Notes: a model not told the origin generated them from the sequence alone. Positions 39,790 to 53,267 are shown, counted from the stretch's first letter. The stretch: DNA of 64,000 bases from Octopus sinensis (GCF_006345805.1 NC_043014.1:27714001-27778000); one strand, 5' to 3'. Program-made: numbers and translations.

Positions 39790-41810
39790 AGAAGATATAA
39801 TCTCGAGAAATTAAGAATCTCTTATGATAAAAGGCAGATTTTCTCTGCCTCCCAAACCGTTCGTTTTTTCATACAATTCTACAATATAGAATTTCTTCAA
39901 TTGGAATTTACCTATCATTTTTACAGTGATTCCATTGGTCATGGCATGTAAATTTTTTCAATTTCACCCCCAATTAAGCAAAAATTCGAGAAAACTCAAT
40001 ATTTTACGATTTCCCTCTTTCATTTCAAGTGCTTCACTCCTACCATTACCACTACACTTTCTCCTCAATTAAAGTGAGAGTATTTATATAAAAGGGATGA
40101 GCAATTAATACTGGTCATCCTTTTTGCTAGAGGAAGATCCGCTATGGTCTTATATGCTACACCATTGGTTTTCAATTCATATTAATCAAATTAATATTCA
40201 AATTTTCACCCTTATTATGTGTGTGTGTATTAGCAATTCGTATACAATTGCATCAATGATTTGAACTTGAATAAGTGGTTTCACATAAATGGGGATACAT
40301 TAAAAAGGTTTGTTGTTATTATTATTACTGTTTGACTATTGTAATCACGTTTGTTGGTTCCTCGTCAGGAAAACGTTGTTGTGTTGCATTTGTTAAATAA
40401 TTGTAAACCGTAACCCTCCCCCTTTCGGAGGTTATTGTTTTAAAATTGAATTGTGTCCCTGTTTGGGGAAATTGACAATATTGTTACGAGGGGGGACCTC
40501 CGATTCGAACTGTTACGGAATCCCTCACACCCAGGCCCGTTCGATGCAGCGAATGTTTTCGCCACGGAAACTCGGAGAGGAGAGAGAGCAGAGATACAAC
40601 AACAACAACAGCAGCAGCACGAAGAGATACAGGGGCAACCGAGAGAGACACAAAGAGGCAAGGCACAACTGGCTTACATTTAACAACTAGTTTATATGAC
40701 AATCAATTGTTACAACATCAAATACATATCAGGTACATTTAAAAGAGGGCATGCACGTAACAACTCAATACATCATGCAGGTATACCACAGATCAAAGCA
40801 TTTAAACATGCAGATACAATATAACCATCCGGTAACCACACATCAAGTTCAATACATCAGCATTTCAAGACACAGTTCTATTTCAAAACACATTAAAGGC
40901 ATATACAGTTCGAAGGACATTAAAGGCCTAACAGTTCAATGTTCATTATACAATGTTCAAATCACAACACTGTACACAATGTCCTTACACATTTCACATA
41001 GTTCTTTTCACTGTCTCATTTCTTTTCACTGTTCAATACATCGATTCCTTGTCCTTCTTTTTCTTCACATATCAATACACAATTCACGTACCTTACATTA
41101 GCCAACGCCTCATATTGTACCTCATCTCCATCGCCGCCTATTCCTCTGTATATATCTCTCTCTGTCCCAATACTCCAAGACCGCCGACTGCTTAAATTCC
41201 AACCGCTCGCCTCGACTCCTAAAAACCGACTACTCGCTTTGACGACCGAATACCGACTGTCTCTATCACTACCCTCAATCTGTCTCTGCACACTAATATC
41301 CTCTCTATCTGCTCTCAGCCCTATCTGCCTATCTATATCGACGCTGTCACTGTCATTCTCTCATGACAGCTCTCAGATCCCTTTCTCTGTCTTTCTCGCT
41401 ACTTTCTTCTTCCTCTTCTTCACTGTCACTAGATTCTTCCGTACTCTATCTTCCTCGGCCCTCACATCTCTCTGACCCCTAATCGACCGGCACAAGGCCA
41501 AAGGTCCCTCCAAAATCCATTACTCTTCCAGTAAACAAAGGGCTGTAGCTTTTTATTCCAGACTTTCCGTCTACACTCTCAACAAAGTAGGTCAAGAAAT
41601 ACTGTACTAGCCGAACCACAACAATATTTTCACCGTCTTTACGGAAGCATTTTTGTTAAAATGCCTTCGATAGAAGAAAGTCCAAAAATGAATTTCGCTG
41701 CAGCCGTACACTTCTATACAAGAGGAAGGACAAGATCCAATTAATCGAAATTGCAAGAGACGGGCCTACAATTCCAGTCTGTTATATATTTTGAGTATTG
41801 TTATCACTAG
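39790..41810. mobile_element. Unclassified CpG-rich repeat-like sequence (possible LTR/pLTR insert at ~40340-41490 within another element)
   Basis: Abrupt rise in CpG content, (CAA/CAG)n run, internal short duplications; no coding motif recognised. Confidence 0.35.
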
Positions 41811-42029
41811 CGATATCAAGATATAACTTTCTATTTTGTATTTTATGTGTAGATGTATATACATATATAGATGTACATGTAATATGTACACATATATATA
41901 TACACATATATACATGCATAATATATTTACCCATCAACCACACGTACCCACACACACACACACACCACCACACACACACACATACATAGGGGCAGTGTGG
42001 TTGTGTGGTAACAAACTACGTTCGAAGAT

Positions 42030-43329
42030 ACGTACTTGATAGGGCGGTAGTGCCTTGCCGGTCTATGGCCTACCTTCAACAAACCGGGAAGGCACAAACA
42101 GTGTCTTCACATTTGCTGCGTGAGACATGTTTTAATGTTGACGAGCTTGCCGAGTACATAGCCGACAATGAGCAAAGCTCCTTCCAGAACAGAAGTTCGC
42201 TTACAACTCCGTTGTTAATTCAGTCCGGGCCAAAGCTGTAGGGATATTTTTCCTGGACGCTCCTGGGGCACTGGGAAAACTTTTCTTCAACAAATTAATA
42301 TTGGCTGAGATTAGGTGAACACAAGGCATTGCCCTAGCTGTGGCATCATCTGGAATTGCGGCTACTTTGTTGCCAGGCGGCAGGACAGCTCACTCCACTT
42401 TCAAGCTTCCGCTTGACTTAGCGAAGACTGAGACACCAACTTGCAACATCAGTAACAGCTCCGATCAGGCAGAAGTCTTCAGACGATGCAAGCTTATCGT
42501 TTGGGATGAATGCACGATGGCCCACAGAGGTGCTCTTGAGGCACTTGATAGATCTCTCAGAGACATCAAACACTCTTCAGCTCCCATGGGAGGCATAACA
42601 CTTCTTCTTTCAGGGGACTTCCGACAAACACTTCCCGTTATTCCCAAAGGGACTAGAACTGATGCAGTAAGTGCGTGTCTTAAATCATCCACATTGTGGC
42701 CACTGGTGAAGACTCTCAAACTTCACACCAATATGCGTGCTCATATGCGACGTAATATCACATCAGCAGCATTTTCTCACACCCTCCTTGCACTTGGCGA
42801 AGGCAAAATACCAGGGGATGAAAATGGTATATTGCCATCGATTCCATTTGTACCATTGTTAAAACGCCTTCTGATCTCAGAGATGCAGTGTTCCCAGATC
42901 TACAAGCTAATTATCAGAATATGGATTGGATTGGCCAAAGGGCTATTCTGGCCCCGAGGAATAAAACTGTTCACCATATTAATGATGAAATGCTAAAACT
43001 CATTCCTGGGGATGTCTATGTGTATAAGTCTATCGATACAACTCCTGACCCAGAGGACGTCATCAACTATCCAATAGAGGTACTCAATTCCTTTGAGCCG
43101 CCCGGACTACCACCACACATTCTCAAACTTAAAGTTGGTGCCCCTATAATGCTCATTAGAAATTTGGTTCCCCCAAAACAATGCAATGGCACACGTTTGA
43201 TCGTTAAGTCCTTATCTCCCACCGTAAACTTATATCAATATTTGCCTGAATAATCATCATAATTCAGTGCAATCATTAACAGTACTTTCAAGCAATTCAG
43301 CCCCGAGCATCGCCGGGCAATTCTGCTAG
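42030..43329 (+). mobile_element. Helitron: PIF1-helicase pseudogene fragment plus intact 3' terminus
   Basis: FFLDAPG/TGKT, ASSGIAATLLPGGRTAHSTFKLP, IVWDECTM, GDFRQTLPV, ILAPRN, LKVGAPIMLIRNL...CNGTRL; hairpin cccgagcatcgccggg then CTAG|T at 43326-43330. Confidence 0.92.
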
Positions 43330-43771
43330 TTATTTAAATAAAATTAATCAACATGTTTAAGATGAAATCTGATCTTTTTAGACAAAGGAACAACTTTAAA
43401 TGTTTCCATCTCAGTGGACTTCATCAGCATAGCATGGTCTACTCAAGCCAGACCTGATATATTAGCAATAGTTTTATTTATTTATTTATTTCTATACAGA
43501 AACATTAAGTTGCCTGGGGGAAGGAGCTGAGATTATCTTCTCGAGTAACATTCGTGTACTTTATAAATAAATACCTTTTTGTCATATTTTCTGTAATAAT
43601 TGGAGTAATTTCCACAAACCACACTAAGAAGCAATACTTTAATGTAATCACAGCAATCGCCATAAATATATTTTTGTAGGTCACCAGGAGTGATTAATCT
43701 TAAAGTAATTCGTCCATTGGTATTTGTGCGAACGAAATGCTTAAACATTTATAACTAATAGGTGGGTATGA

Positions 43772-43893
43772 GACGAGAGAGAAAGAGAGAGAGAGAGGGG
43801 GGCTAACGAACAGACGTGAGAGAGAGGGTAAAGAACTAACGAGAGAGAGAGGGAGAGAGAGAAGGAGAAAGAGAGGGAGAGAGAGAGGAGAAG

Positions 43894-43925
<32 letters not shown>

Positions 43926-43926
43926 A
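43772..43926. repeat. (GA)n-rich tract directly upstream of the putative core promoter
   Basis: Directly visible purine tract. Confidence 0.9.
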
Positions 43927-43939
43927 GGGTGGTGAACAA

Positions 43940-44188
43940 ACGGAATATAAAAAGTCATTAGAAGGGAGGATATTCAAACAGTTTCACGTGTAGTCGATCA
44001 ACTTTGTAAAGTGAACTAAGTTTTAATTTTTGTTAACAACTTCAATCACCTGCGTTCTTTTTAAGTGCGCGTTATGTTCTGTTTTGCTGGTCAGAATAAG
44101 TGATTAAGGAAATAAGTACACCTGTAATCCGGAAGACACCTGTCAGGTAAAACAGCGCCATTGACGCACCTGAAATTACCTTGACAAA
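43940..44188 (+). promoter_or_regulatory. Putative core promoter / 5'UTR of the beta-subunit gene
   Basis: TATAAAAA at 43946-43953; CACGTG at 43985; CACCTG at 44047, 44119, 44137 and 44167; CAGGTA at 44144; TGACGC at 44162; CpG-rich compared with flanks; strong Kozak caaaATGG. TSS is inferred. Confidence 0.6.
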
Positions 44189-44608
44189 ATGGCGTCACGT
44201 ACAAGTTCAGACGTAGACACAGTTACCACTGTTCCTAGCCGAACGACTTTCCACGATCGCTCTGTATCTCTATCAAATTTCTTGCACAACTCAAGAGAAG
44301 GCACATTTTTCTACAAAACTCCTGCCAGATGGTGTAAGCTCATCGGCTTTTATTTCATATTTTATTCAGCTCTCTTTTGTTTCACAGCAGGGCTATTGGC
44401 CGCTGTTTACAATATCTTAGATTGGAATTATCCCAGTATGAGAGGGCCAGAAAGCATTTTTCGGGGCAATCCTGGTTTGTCTTTTCGACCAAACCCTGAC
44501 TACGATTCAACTTTGATCAGATATGTGAAGGGAGACGGTCCAACAACTCGTAAATACATTGATCATCTCGAGGCCTATATTCGATTTTATGAAAATAAAA
44601 ATCAGATT
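44189..44608 (+). CDS. ATP1B: Na+/K+-transporting ATPase beta subunit, coding exon 1 (aa 1-140: cytoplasmic tail, TM helix, start of ectodomain)
   Basis: FLHNSREGTFFYKTPARWCKLIGFYFIFY (FYxxFY motif), TM helix, NPGLSFRP...STLIRY; strong donor ATT|gtaagt at 44609, phase 0. Confidence 0.93.
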
Positions 44609-46152
44609 GTAAGTATATTTAATCATTATATTTCTAACATTTCCATAAATATTTCTCATAAGTTCCCACTTTAGATTTCGGAACTCCTCACATTTCCTCA
44701 ATGCAATTTAAAACTGTTTCTCACCTGTTTATTTTGATATCCCTTCTTACCCTACTTTACTCGTAAAGCTTTAACTTCCTTTCCTCTAAAAATTCATACC
44801 AAACATTCTTTTGTATTAATATGTACTACATATATATGACAAGGCATAAATAATGGTCATTAAATATTTTCCTTGTCTTATAATCAATCTGTATAAAAAC
44901 TAGTATAACTGGAACACAACTAAGGAATTACAATATAGAATGGTGATGAACTATAACCTCGGACCCTGCCACAAGAATACACGGAGTTCTTTACTAATAA
45001 TCTAAACTATCTTGTTAGCTTGGTGTTCTAACAGAGTTTATAACGTATTTTGTCCGGATAGATAATCCCTAACTAATAACTGTTATATATATATAAAATT
45101 TGTAGCTGTGGTTTTAAAATACCATTGTAAAATGCATTCTATTACTGTTTACTATTTTGGGGGTAATATATTAAATTATATAGTTAAATTTTAACTTGCT
45201 CCTTTGCTTCCGTTTTGGTTCCAGTAAACTAAGTGGAAATTGATGTTCCAGTTGTCAGTGCTCTTAATTTGTTGTTCGAAACCTCGTTTAATATTCCCTC
45301 AGTGATTATATACGACTATATATATAATATTTCTTAAGAAAAGGTTATACATTTTAATTGTTGACAGTGTGGTACAAGTTTCCATTGCGCAAATCTTCTG
45401 CAAGTTTGATTGCTAAACTGTTTTCCGTTAAGCTGAAGATCTATTTTTAAAAATCCCGTTACCACTATAATCATTGCACATCGTTTTTGTATTTGGTACG
45501 CAAGATTCTTGTTGTGAATTCGTGTGGTGAAACAAACTTTGTTGTCTTGAGAATCTATGCGTGTTGTTATTATTGGTGTAATGACTTGCCCAAGACATCA
45601 TTGCAAATTTGTATTATTTATATTATTCTTTTGCATGTGTGCTTTAAACACAATGTATTTGTTATAGTAATAGTCATTTTTTTTTTACCCCATATATCTT
45701 TGTTTCTGCCGAATATGTTGTAAAGATAATACTCTTTTGAATTTACAGACCAGGGAGATTGGAGGGTGATATATACAGGGTATCATTCATTTTAAATAGT
45801 TATTCTCCTCTACTGCGCCCACTCTCTACCCTGCTCTACAAATGCCATCGCCATTCTTTTGTGCTTCTCTTTTCTTGTCCTCTTTAGTAGACATTCTTGT
45901 ACACTGTGAAGCTCGTGGTTTTATATTGAGGTTCCTTACTCCCTGGTGAATTTGACTAAATGAGCTAAATGAGAAAGGAATCCTTTCAAGAGTGACTGCA
46001 ATGATAGAGGTAATTATCCAGAATAGTATTTTCTCTTATTCATGTGAATAAGTTCCCATAAGTGCTCATGTGCTGTGGTTATTCAACCTCAAGTCGACCC
46101 TGATCCAGCTGACCTATGAACCATGTCCAGCAAGTCTAGCAACAATGTAGAA

Positions 46153-46390
46153 CAGTGGTTCTCAACCAGGGCCCATATGTCTATAAGGTTTTATTGTTAA
46201 AATTTATGTACAATGAATTACTTATACAATACTCAAAATATTTTAAGAATTTTCTTATATAATTCCTAGTAATATGTAATTAAAGAAATATAATAGGATT
46301 TTTTAAACATGGCATAACTGTGAGAGTCCATCCAAGATAGATTGGAATCAAAGGGATCCTTAGGTAAAATATGATTAAAAAACCCAAATG
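46153..46390. mobile_element. hAT (Charlie-type) MITE, intronic
   Basis: Left terminus cagtggttctcaacc; right end degenerate. Confidence 0.55.
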
Positions 46391-47989
46391 CAGAGGCTCT
46401 TCCTTTTGTCTCATATGTGTAAGCAGGTCTCTTAGTCATGCAGCAAGAAAAAGGGCTGAGTAACGGGAGGGGGGGGGGTCTAACAAAACTAGTAATGATG
46501 TACGTTAACTCAAAGGCTGCTTTAAGGGTTAAAGGTAAATTATTGTTGGGAATAAGAGATGTCCATAAAAGAAAGGATATGTTCATAGCCTGTTTTGAGA
46601 AAAACCATTATGGAAAGATATAAGAACGGCAGAATGTCAAATGTCTTGTATATTAGTTATTCATTCTGAGTTCGAATTTTATCAAGGTTGATTTACCTTC
46701 CTTCCTTTCTTGATGTTGATAAAATAAATATCTATATAACTTACTGTTTCTTAGTTACAAATGTGCAGTATTGTACATAAAGCAGAAGTCTGACTTTTTG
46801 AAATATTGGGTGTTATTCATTGCAAAAAATATGAGTGGATGGGGTGGGAGGCACAATGAATAAGCTTTACTGCATTTTTGACTTCAAAAATAAATATTTT
46901 TTACAAATGTTCACTATCTTACAAAAATTGTATCAGCTAGGCAAATGACCTTTTCTAAATGCATCAAAAATACTATAAATGTAATCTGAATCTGATTTCA
47001 GAAAATTATCTCTGTCCTCTTTGAGCATATAAAAGACATTTAGCTGGGGGAAAAAAATGAATGACAAGATAAAGCAAATTTGTCTCTTCAATTCTCCAGA
47101 ATTGCATTTGGAAAAAGACTCATACACATCAATGTCCATCCTTAGACATCAGAAAGGTCAGAAATGCAACAACTATTTTAAATATCTGGTCAAATTTCTG
47201 AAAGAGTATTATGGAAAAATGGCACATATGAAATTAACAAAACTTGACCAAATCTAAAATCTCAACATAAAATATTCTTTGTAGCTTCTTCCTTATCTGC
47301 TGGAGTGGCTCTCGTCTGATGTCCCATGCAGTTAAAGCAAAGGAATTATTGAAATTAGTCATTACTCATTTTGCCCCAGTTTAGACATCACTTTTTGAAA
47401 ATTATCAAATTAGACATTAGTGTGGGAAAAAAATTGACTTGAAATCCAATAGAGAAAATAATATTAATTGTTAAACACCAATTGTATAGGTATGCCATGG
47501 CATACTATATAACACCATGTGTGCCCCCACTTTTTTACGAAATTAGTGGTATGTGAACTAAGGAAATTTGGGTGCTGTTTCTAGAAGGTTTGTACTCCTG
47601 TAGACTGGTCATAGAAATTTGATGAGCTCTTCCCTCCCCTACTCTCACATGGCTGCACTTAAATAAACAGGGTTGTCCAGTGTTACTCAGTAACAAGTTC
47701 ATTGAATATGATACCTTGGAAATCTATCACTAGTATATGAAAGATTATTAACAGGAAGCAAACAACAAACTAAGCAAGTTCTATCCAAATGGAATCCTGT
47801 CAAAAGCCAACATTAATGTGAGAGAATGTTGGGTGCTTCTTCATTTCCAGGAACCCAAAATGTTTTCCTGTAAAAAGAAACTTAAGAAATGAAAGTAAAA
47901 TCCAGTGTGACAGTCTCATTTAAATTGGATCCACCAAATATTTTGTGATTACATTGATAATGTAAACAAAACATAATTATAAATTAACA

Positions 47990-50130
47990 AAGTGCATCAA
48001 ATGCTGAAAGAAGGTAGTTAAAACAACAGCAAATACATGAAATACAATTACTTTACTGTAAAAGGTTAACTGGGTGGAAGATGATCCTGAGGTCAGCCTT
48101 CACCCCTTTGTCCTGTATCTTACTAGGTCTACTTCTTCCACAGCTTCCATCTATTTTGAGTGTCCTGTACTGCTTTATACTGATGTTTATCCTCCATATA
48201 CATCACATGCACATATAAGTACAGTCTTCTCTCTTGTGCACTACATCTGATACCTCTTATATTTAGTTTTTTCTCTCTATACACTTGTTCTCCAGCAGAT
48301 CATGCTTGCTTCTTTTCTTTTTAATCTTACAAATCCTCTTCATTCAAGTCTTGCTCTTATGCAACATTGCATTCTGTTTACAATCTAAAGAGCTACTATC
48401 ATGCTGAAACCTTTTATTACTAGCAGAGATAATAGCTCTTTGAACTTTTACTAATCAGTTTTTATTCTGGCTGCTATGCTTTCAGGACATCCATCTCCAT
48501 AGCTAATTGCTTCTTGGGTGCTGTTCAAGCATTTGAAAGAATTTGTTTTAAGTTGTTAGATGCACCTGTACATCTACCACGTATGAAGTCTATCTTCCCA
48601 ATTAGCCTGCCTATAATCACTCTTTATGTCTTGTGTAGCTATAGTTTAAACTGGGTGCACCATATGAAAATTCTGCTTCCTTTTCTACATATCAAGCACA
48701 GCATTTTTTCCCTTATGATATCCCAGTAACTAAAATGTTAGCCTTATACAAGTTTATTTTGAAGTCTCTTCATTCTAGATTTTGCTTCCATGTCTGAAAT
48801 TAGATCTTCAACAGATTCAGTTATAAGAAGTAGATTATCAGCTTACAAGAGTTCCCACAGGCAACCTGGTTTAAAAAAGCTCTATCATGGCCTGAAGATG
48901 GCTAAAGACTGAGTCCTGGTGAACCTCTACATGCGTACTAAACTCATCATTGAATTCATTGCTAACCACATTTGTATTCATGGCTTGTGCAGCTCACACA
49001 AACCATTTATCTACTTGTAATTCTAAGTATAGGGGTTTCTTCCTAGCTCAATACTTCTTTCAGTTGTCTTGCAAAGAGGGTATCTGTAGCAACTGTTTCA
49101 GTAACTTTTATATGATGCTTCTGTAGTTGCCTTTCTTTAATGCATTTCCTTTGCTCAAATACCAGTTGATGCTGCTGCTTCTCTAGTCACTGGGTATACA
49201 CCTTCCAGTTCAACCTGATTGACTAAGCACATAACTAATGCAAGAACCACTTTGTTAAATATTTTCAGCTTATCAAAGACGATATCTGAAGTTCAGCTAC
49301 CTTCATAAAATTAATTGCTCTATTTTCCATACTGCTATCAACTTCGTTGGCTGGTTCTTCTATTGGGTATATTGGGTAGATTTATGCTCTCTTGTGCTTT
49401 CTTCTCATTGAACAGTTTCTTATAATAGCACTGGATGTACATACATATGTCAATGAAAGATTTCCACTTGTTGAAAGCCTTGTCGGCTATCTGCCCCTGG
49501 CCAGACTCTTATCTGCCAGATCTTTCTCCACAGTCTTCAACCAGATTTTGACAGTTATACCTCGTCTACGTTCTACCCATCACTGGTTTCCACTTAGGAA
49601 TTTCTTTGTGGATATGCATAGCATGTGGCCAAACATCATCCACAGTCTTACAGCAATGGTATCATTTTTTTCCATTTTAATGCATATTTTTTAAATATAA
49701 GGGAAGTAACTCTCTAAAATTGTCTATGATGAGTCAACGATTTAAAAAAAAATTTACCATAATTTTTTTTCCATTTTTAATGCATTTTTTGCTATTTTTT
49801 GGCTATAACTCTCTAAAAATGCTTTATAGTTATTTCCCTTACAAACCCGAGCAACGCCGGTTGATACTGCTAGTCAATCATAAAACTATCACTGCCAAAA
49901 TCCATATCTGATCTCTCTTTTACCTGGTTCTTCCTTGCCTTTTCTTTACCTCTTGACTAGTCCTTAATGTTATTGCACCACCTCCTCTTCACACTACCAC
50001 TTTCTTCATTACTTACCAAAATTCTTTCTATGTTGGCAACAACACTAAAGGAGTTTCAACAGAGTTACATGATCTGTTACAAATTACTTGATCTTTCTTA
50101 AATGACTCCCCAATGTCCTGAAATATTCCC
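47990..50130 (-). mobile_element. Long decayed RTE LINE (EN + RT), antisense in the intron
   Basis: Minus-strand peptides LWELL*ADNL, RGIRCSAQERRL, plus a decayed endonuclease region near 49900-50130. Confidence 0.75.
49660..49873 (+). mobile_element. Non-autonomous Helitron 3' portion nested in the RTE LINE
   Basis: acccgagcaacgccggttgatactgCTAG|T at 49870-49874; closely matches the hairpin at 43301. Confidence 0.75.
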
Positions 50131-50203
50131 CTTTGGTATGTGTGTGTATATATATATCATCATCATTATTGTTTAATGTCCATTTTCTATGCTGGTATGG
50201 GCT

Positions 50204-50241
<38 letters not shown>

Positions 50242-51099
50242 AAGTAACAAACTGAGGAAAAGAAATCCTTCAAGGGGGGGATGTTAAACATCCAATTCAC
50301 TGGCATGTCAGTTATATACCATACAGATATTGGTATAATTCAATTATAAAGATAAATTAAATATAGAGATATACTATTGACAATCCAATAATTTATATTA
50401 AATACTATGAATATAACAAAATATTATATAGCATAAATAATAATTATTATTGTCATCTATTCATTCATTTATCTAATTTTGTCACAGTTTGGCTGACCGA
50501 AAACTCTTGGTTATAGCTCTTGTTAAGAATTCAAATGCCTAATTCTATCTCATTAATATCAATATTCTCTCACACCAGCAGCCTGAGTTTTGCTATTTCA
50601 CAGTGTGCCCGCTCTTCCCACCCCACTCCACCACTTGTACCAGAAGTCTCTACCCTCTGACCTCTATCGGATGTCTCTCCCATGAACACCTCCAAAGGCT
50701 TAATGTTTCCCCATCCTTATTTAGAGTTTATCTCCTATGTAATGTCGTGATTATGTAGTGCATAAAAAATGATGATGTAGTGTATGCAGGTTGAAGGCTA
50801 TTATATGTTATGAGTTCTGCCAAATGCAAGCTCTCTTTTCAGGTACATAATGCTACTGTCAGGTACATAATGCTAAGTTTATGCCAGCTCGCCACCTTTA
50901 AAATTTCTTATATTATTTGGTATCATGTGTTGATGATCTGTGTTGGATACCTGTGATTACTGAGCATGATCAGTTTCCATTTGCATTGTTTCAAATTCAC
51001 TAATTGGAACCAGTTTAACTTATCCTAGGTGAACACCAACACAATTAATTTTATGATATAAATAATATAAAAGTTCACATTATTTAAACTGACAAGTAT

Positions 51100-51530
51100 G
51101 AGGTGGTATCAATAGGCTGCAGGACTAGTTATGTTTAATAAAAAAAAAAAAAACAACCTATTTGCCATCATCTTTGAAATAGTCACCTTGCACAGCAATA
51201 CACTGGTCTCAGCAATCCTGTCACTTTTGGAATCCAGCATGGAAATTGTTTTCCGTAAGCAAGTTGAGAACCTTCTGTGATTTGCTCTGGATCTTTACAA
51301 CAGTGTTAAAATGACGACCTTGGAAATCTGTAGGTGCTAAATCTGGCAAATAGGGTAGGTGCAGAAGCAATACCTGTTGTTTTTGGTGAGAAACTCATGA
51401 GTGAGGAGAGCTTGGTGACACGGTGTATTGTCATCATGAAGAATCCAGTTCTTTGCGTTCCATGGATCCAGTTGCTTTTGCCAAATGTCCTCCCTCAAAT
51501 GCTTGAAGACATAAAAGTAGGTCAATTACA
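51100..51530 (-). mobile_element. mariner 3' fragment
   Basis: KHLREDIWQKQLDPWNAKNWILHDDNTPCHQALL..EFLTKNN (HDNA-like catalytic motif). Confidence 0.75.
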
Positions 51531-52089
51531 ATATTTACAATATTTTTAGGTGTTTGTAGAAGCAGAAGATGAAGTCACAGAAAAAAAAACATGTTGAAGT
51601 CATATTTTAGAGTAATTTCATCACAGATATTTAAAAGCTATCCAAAGATGCAATGAAAACTGTATTTTATAACTAATAAATAAGTAGAGGTATTTTTTTT
51701 CCCCCCACTTTTTCTATTTTTCAATGCATTTGTGGAGACAGAAAATATTGTCGCAAAGTTCTAAGATTTTACTCCAATTATTATGATGTCCATTCACAAC
51801 TTTTCCACACTACTTCCATCGTGAAATCAAAAATCACGAAAAAACGCTCCACCCTAATGTACATGTAATACATATAAAGAATAGCAGTTAAATGATGTAG
51901 GAGCACATGATGTGAGTGGAAGGAATCTGAAGAAAAAGACTGAGGAAGAAGTGGTGAGGGCTCATATCAAGCTATTGAACTTCGTGAAGGAAATAACTGC
52001 AATTAGTGGTGAGACTGTGCTGAAAAAAATTTATCAAATTCATGCATGCATAGAAAAATGGACATAAAATAATGAGAAATAATATATAT

Positions 52090-52440
52090 TATAAGGTGTT
52101 GTAAGGAATTAGTCATAATGGTACACCCATCCCACGTGACAATTGGAATGGCCAGTCCCTATAAGTAAGTTGACGTTGACCAGTATTGAGAGAGTACAAG
52201 AGTACATGTAAACTGTGCTAATATAGTAATTATACTGAGTGTATGTTATAACCATCCACATTATGAGGATAATAACTCTGTACGACTGGGGGTCGTACAA
52301 TGCCAGATAGAAACATTCTATTGATGACTTCAAAATATAACAATATCTGTCAGAGTAACAACCATCATCAAAAGTGGCCCATTCCACTTGTCACATGGGA
52401 GGGGTGTACCATTATTACTAATTCCCTACAACACCTTATA
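52090..52440. mobile_element. MITE with ~65-bp TIRs, intronic
   Basis: tataaggtgttgtaaggaattagtcataatggtacacccatcccacgtgacaattggaatgg versus reverse complement of 52375-52440, tataaggtgttgtagggaattagtaataatggtacacccctcccatgtgacaagtggaatgg. Confidence 0.88.
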
Positions 52441-52712
52441 AATGTGATCAAATCTTAAATTGTTCCTTGTAAATTAATGAGGGCAGAATAGTTTACTTTA
52501 ATGTTCCTATCAGTTTGTGTTTGTCTATCCCAAAGTATGCAACTTGATCATTTTCAGTGGCACTTGTAATTAATGTTGGTGCCATATATAACCTGTCCTT
52601 ACTGATTTGGTAATATTTGAATATTATCCCAACAGGTATTCAATACTTTCAGGTTATGTGCATTCATTTATTTCATATTTGATTTTCTTTTCCATATTTT
52701 TGTTTATGTATA

Positions 52713-52917
52713 CAGTAATGCTATATAGTGGTTCACTTATCACAGTTTATTATTTAAGCTTATGTCGATTCCTCCATGGTGTTGTTTTGCATTTATGATA
52801 ATATATACAAATTACAAAAGTAAAAAAAATATACAATACAGTACTGTTTCTACTCCGTGGATTTTCACCTATTGCTGGGGGTGGAGTGTAATACCTATGA
52901 TAGTCAAGGGATTACTG
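52713..52917. mobile_element. pogo/Tigger-like MITE (13400 family)
   Basis: TA|cagtaatg ... agggattactg|TA. Confidence 0.7.
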
Positions 52918-53267
52918 TATATATAAAGTTTCATTTTGACTTACGATATGTTTTTAAAATATGAGTGGTTGTCTCCTAGTACTCAATGTATTTACTATCC
53001 TCCACAAGTAAAACCTCTACAGTAGCTCAAACTACTATAAAAAGTTAACAAATTACACCTGAGTTTGATCTGCTTCTGGGGTTAAATAGTAACAACTGAC
53101 TTCAGCTCAAGCCAGATGAGAAACCTCTACATAGTCGTTTGATCTGCTAGAAATAGCAGACATATCTCCCTTAACTCCTGCTCACCTGTTTTCAAAAAAG
53201 AAAGATGCATTGGATAATGCTGTATTGGATACACTATGCCAGATGGTCATGGCTGAAATGCTTTTCA

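Noticed and set aside
42340-43253. PIF1 helicase as a host gene
   Set aside because: Frameshifts, an internal stop, missing motifs V/VI and a Helitron 3' hairpin-CTAG show it is a transposon pseudogene.
44609-44674. ORF-track extension VSIFNHYISN... of the beta subunit, and the TTG start at 56370
   Set aside because: Read-through past a strong GTAAGT donor; the true exon 2 begins at the AG acceptor at 56291 in frame.
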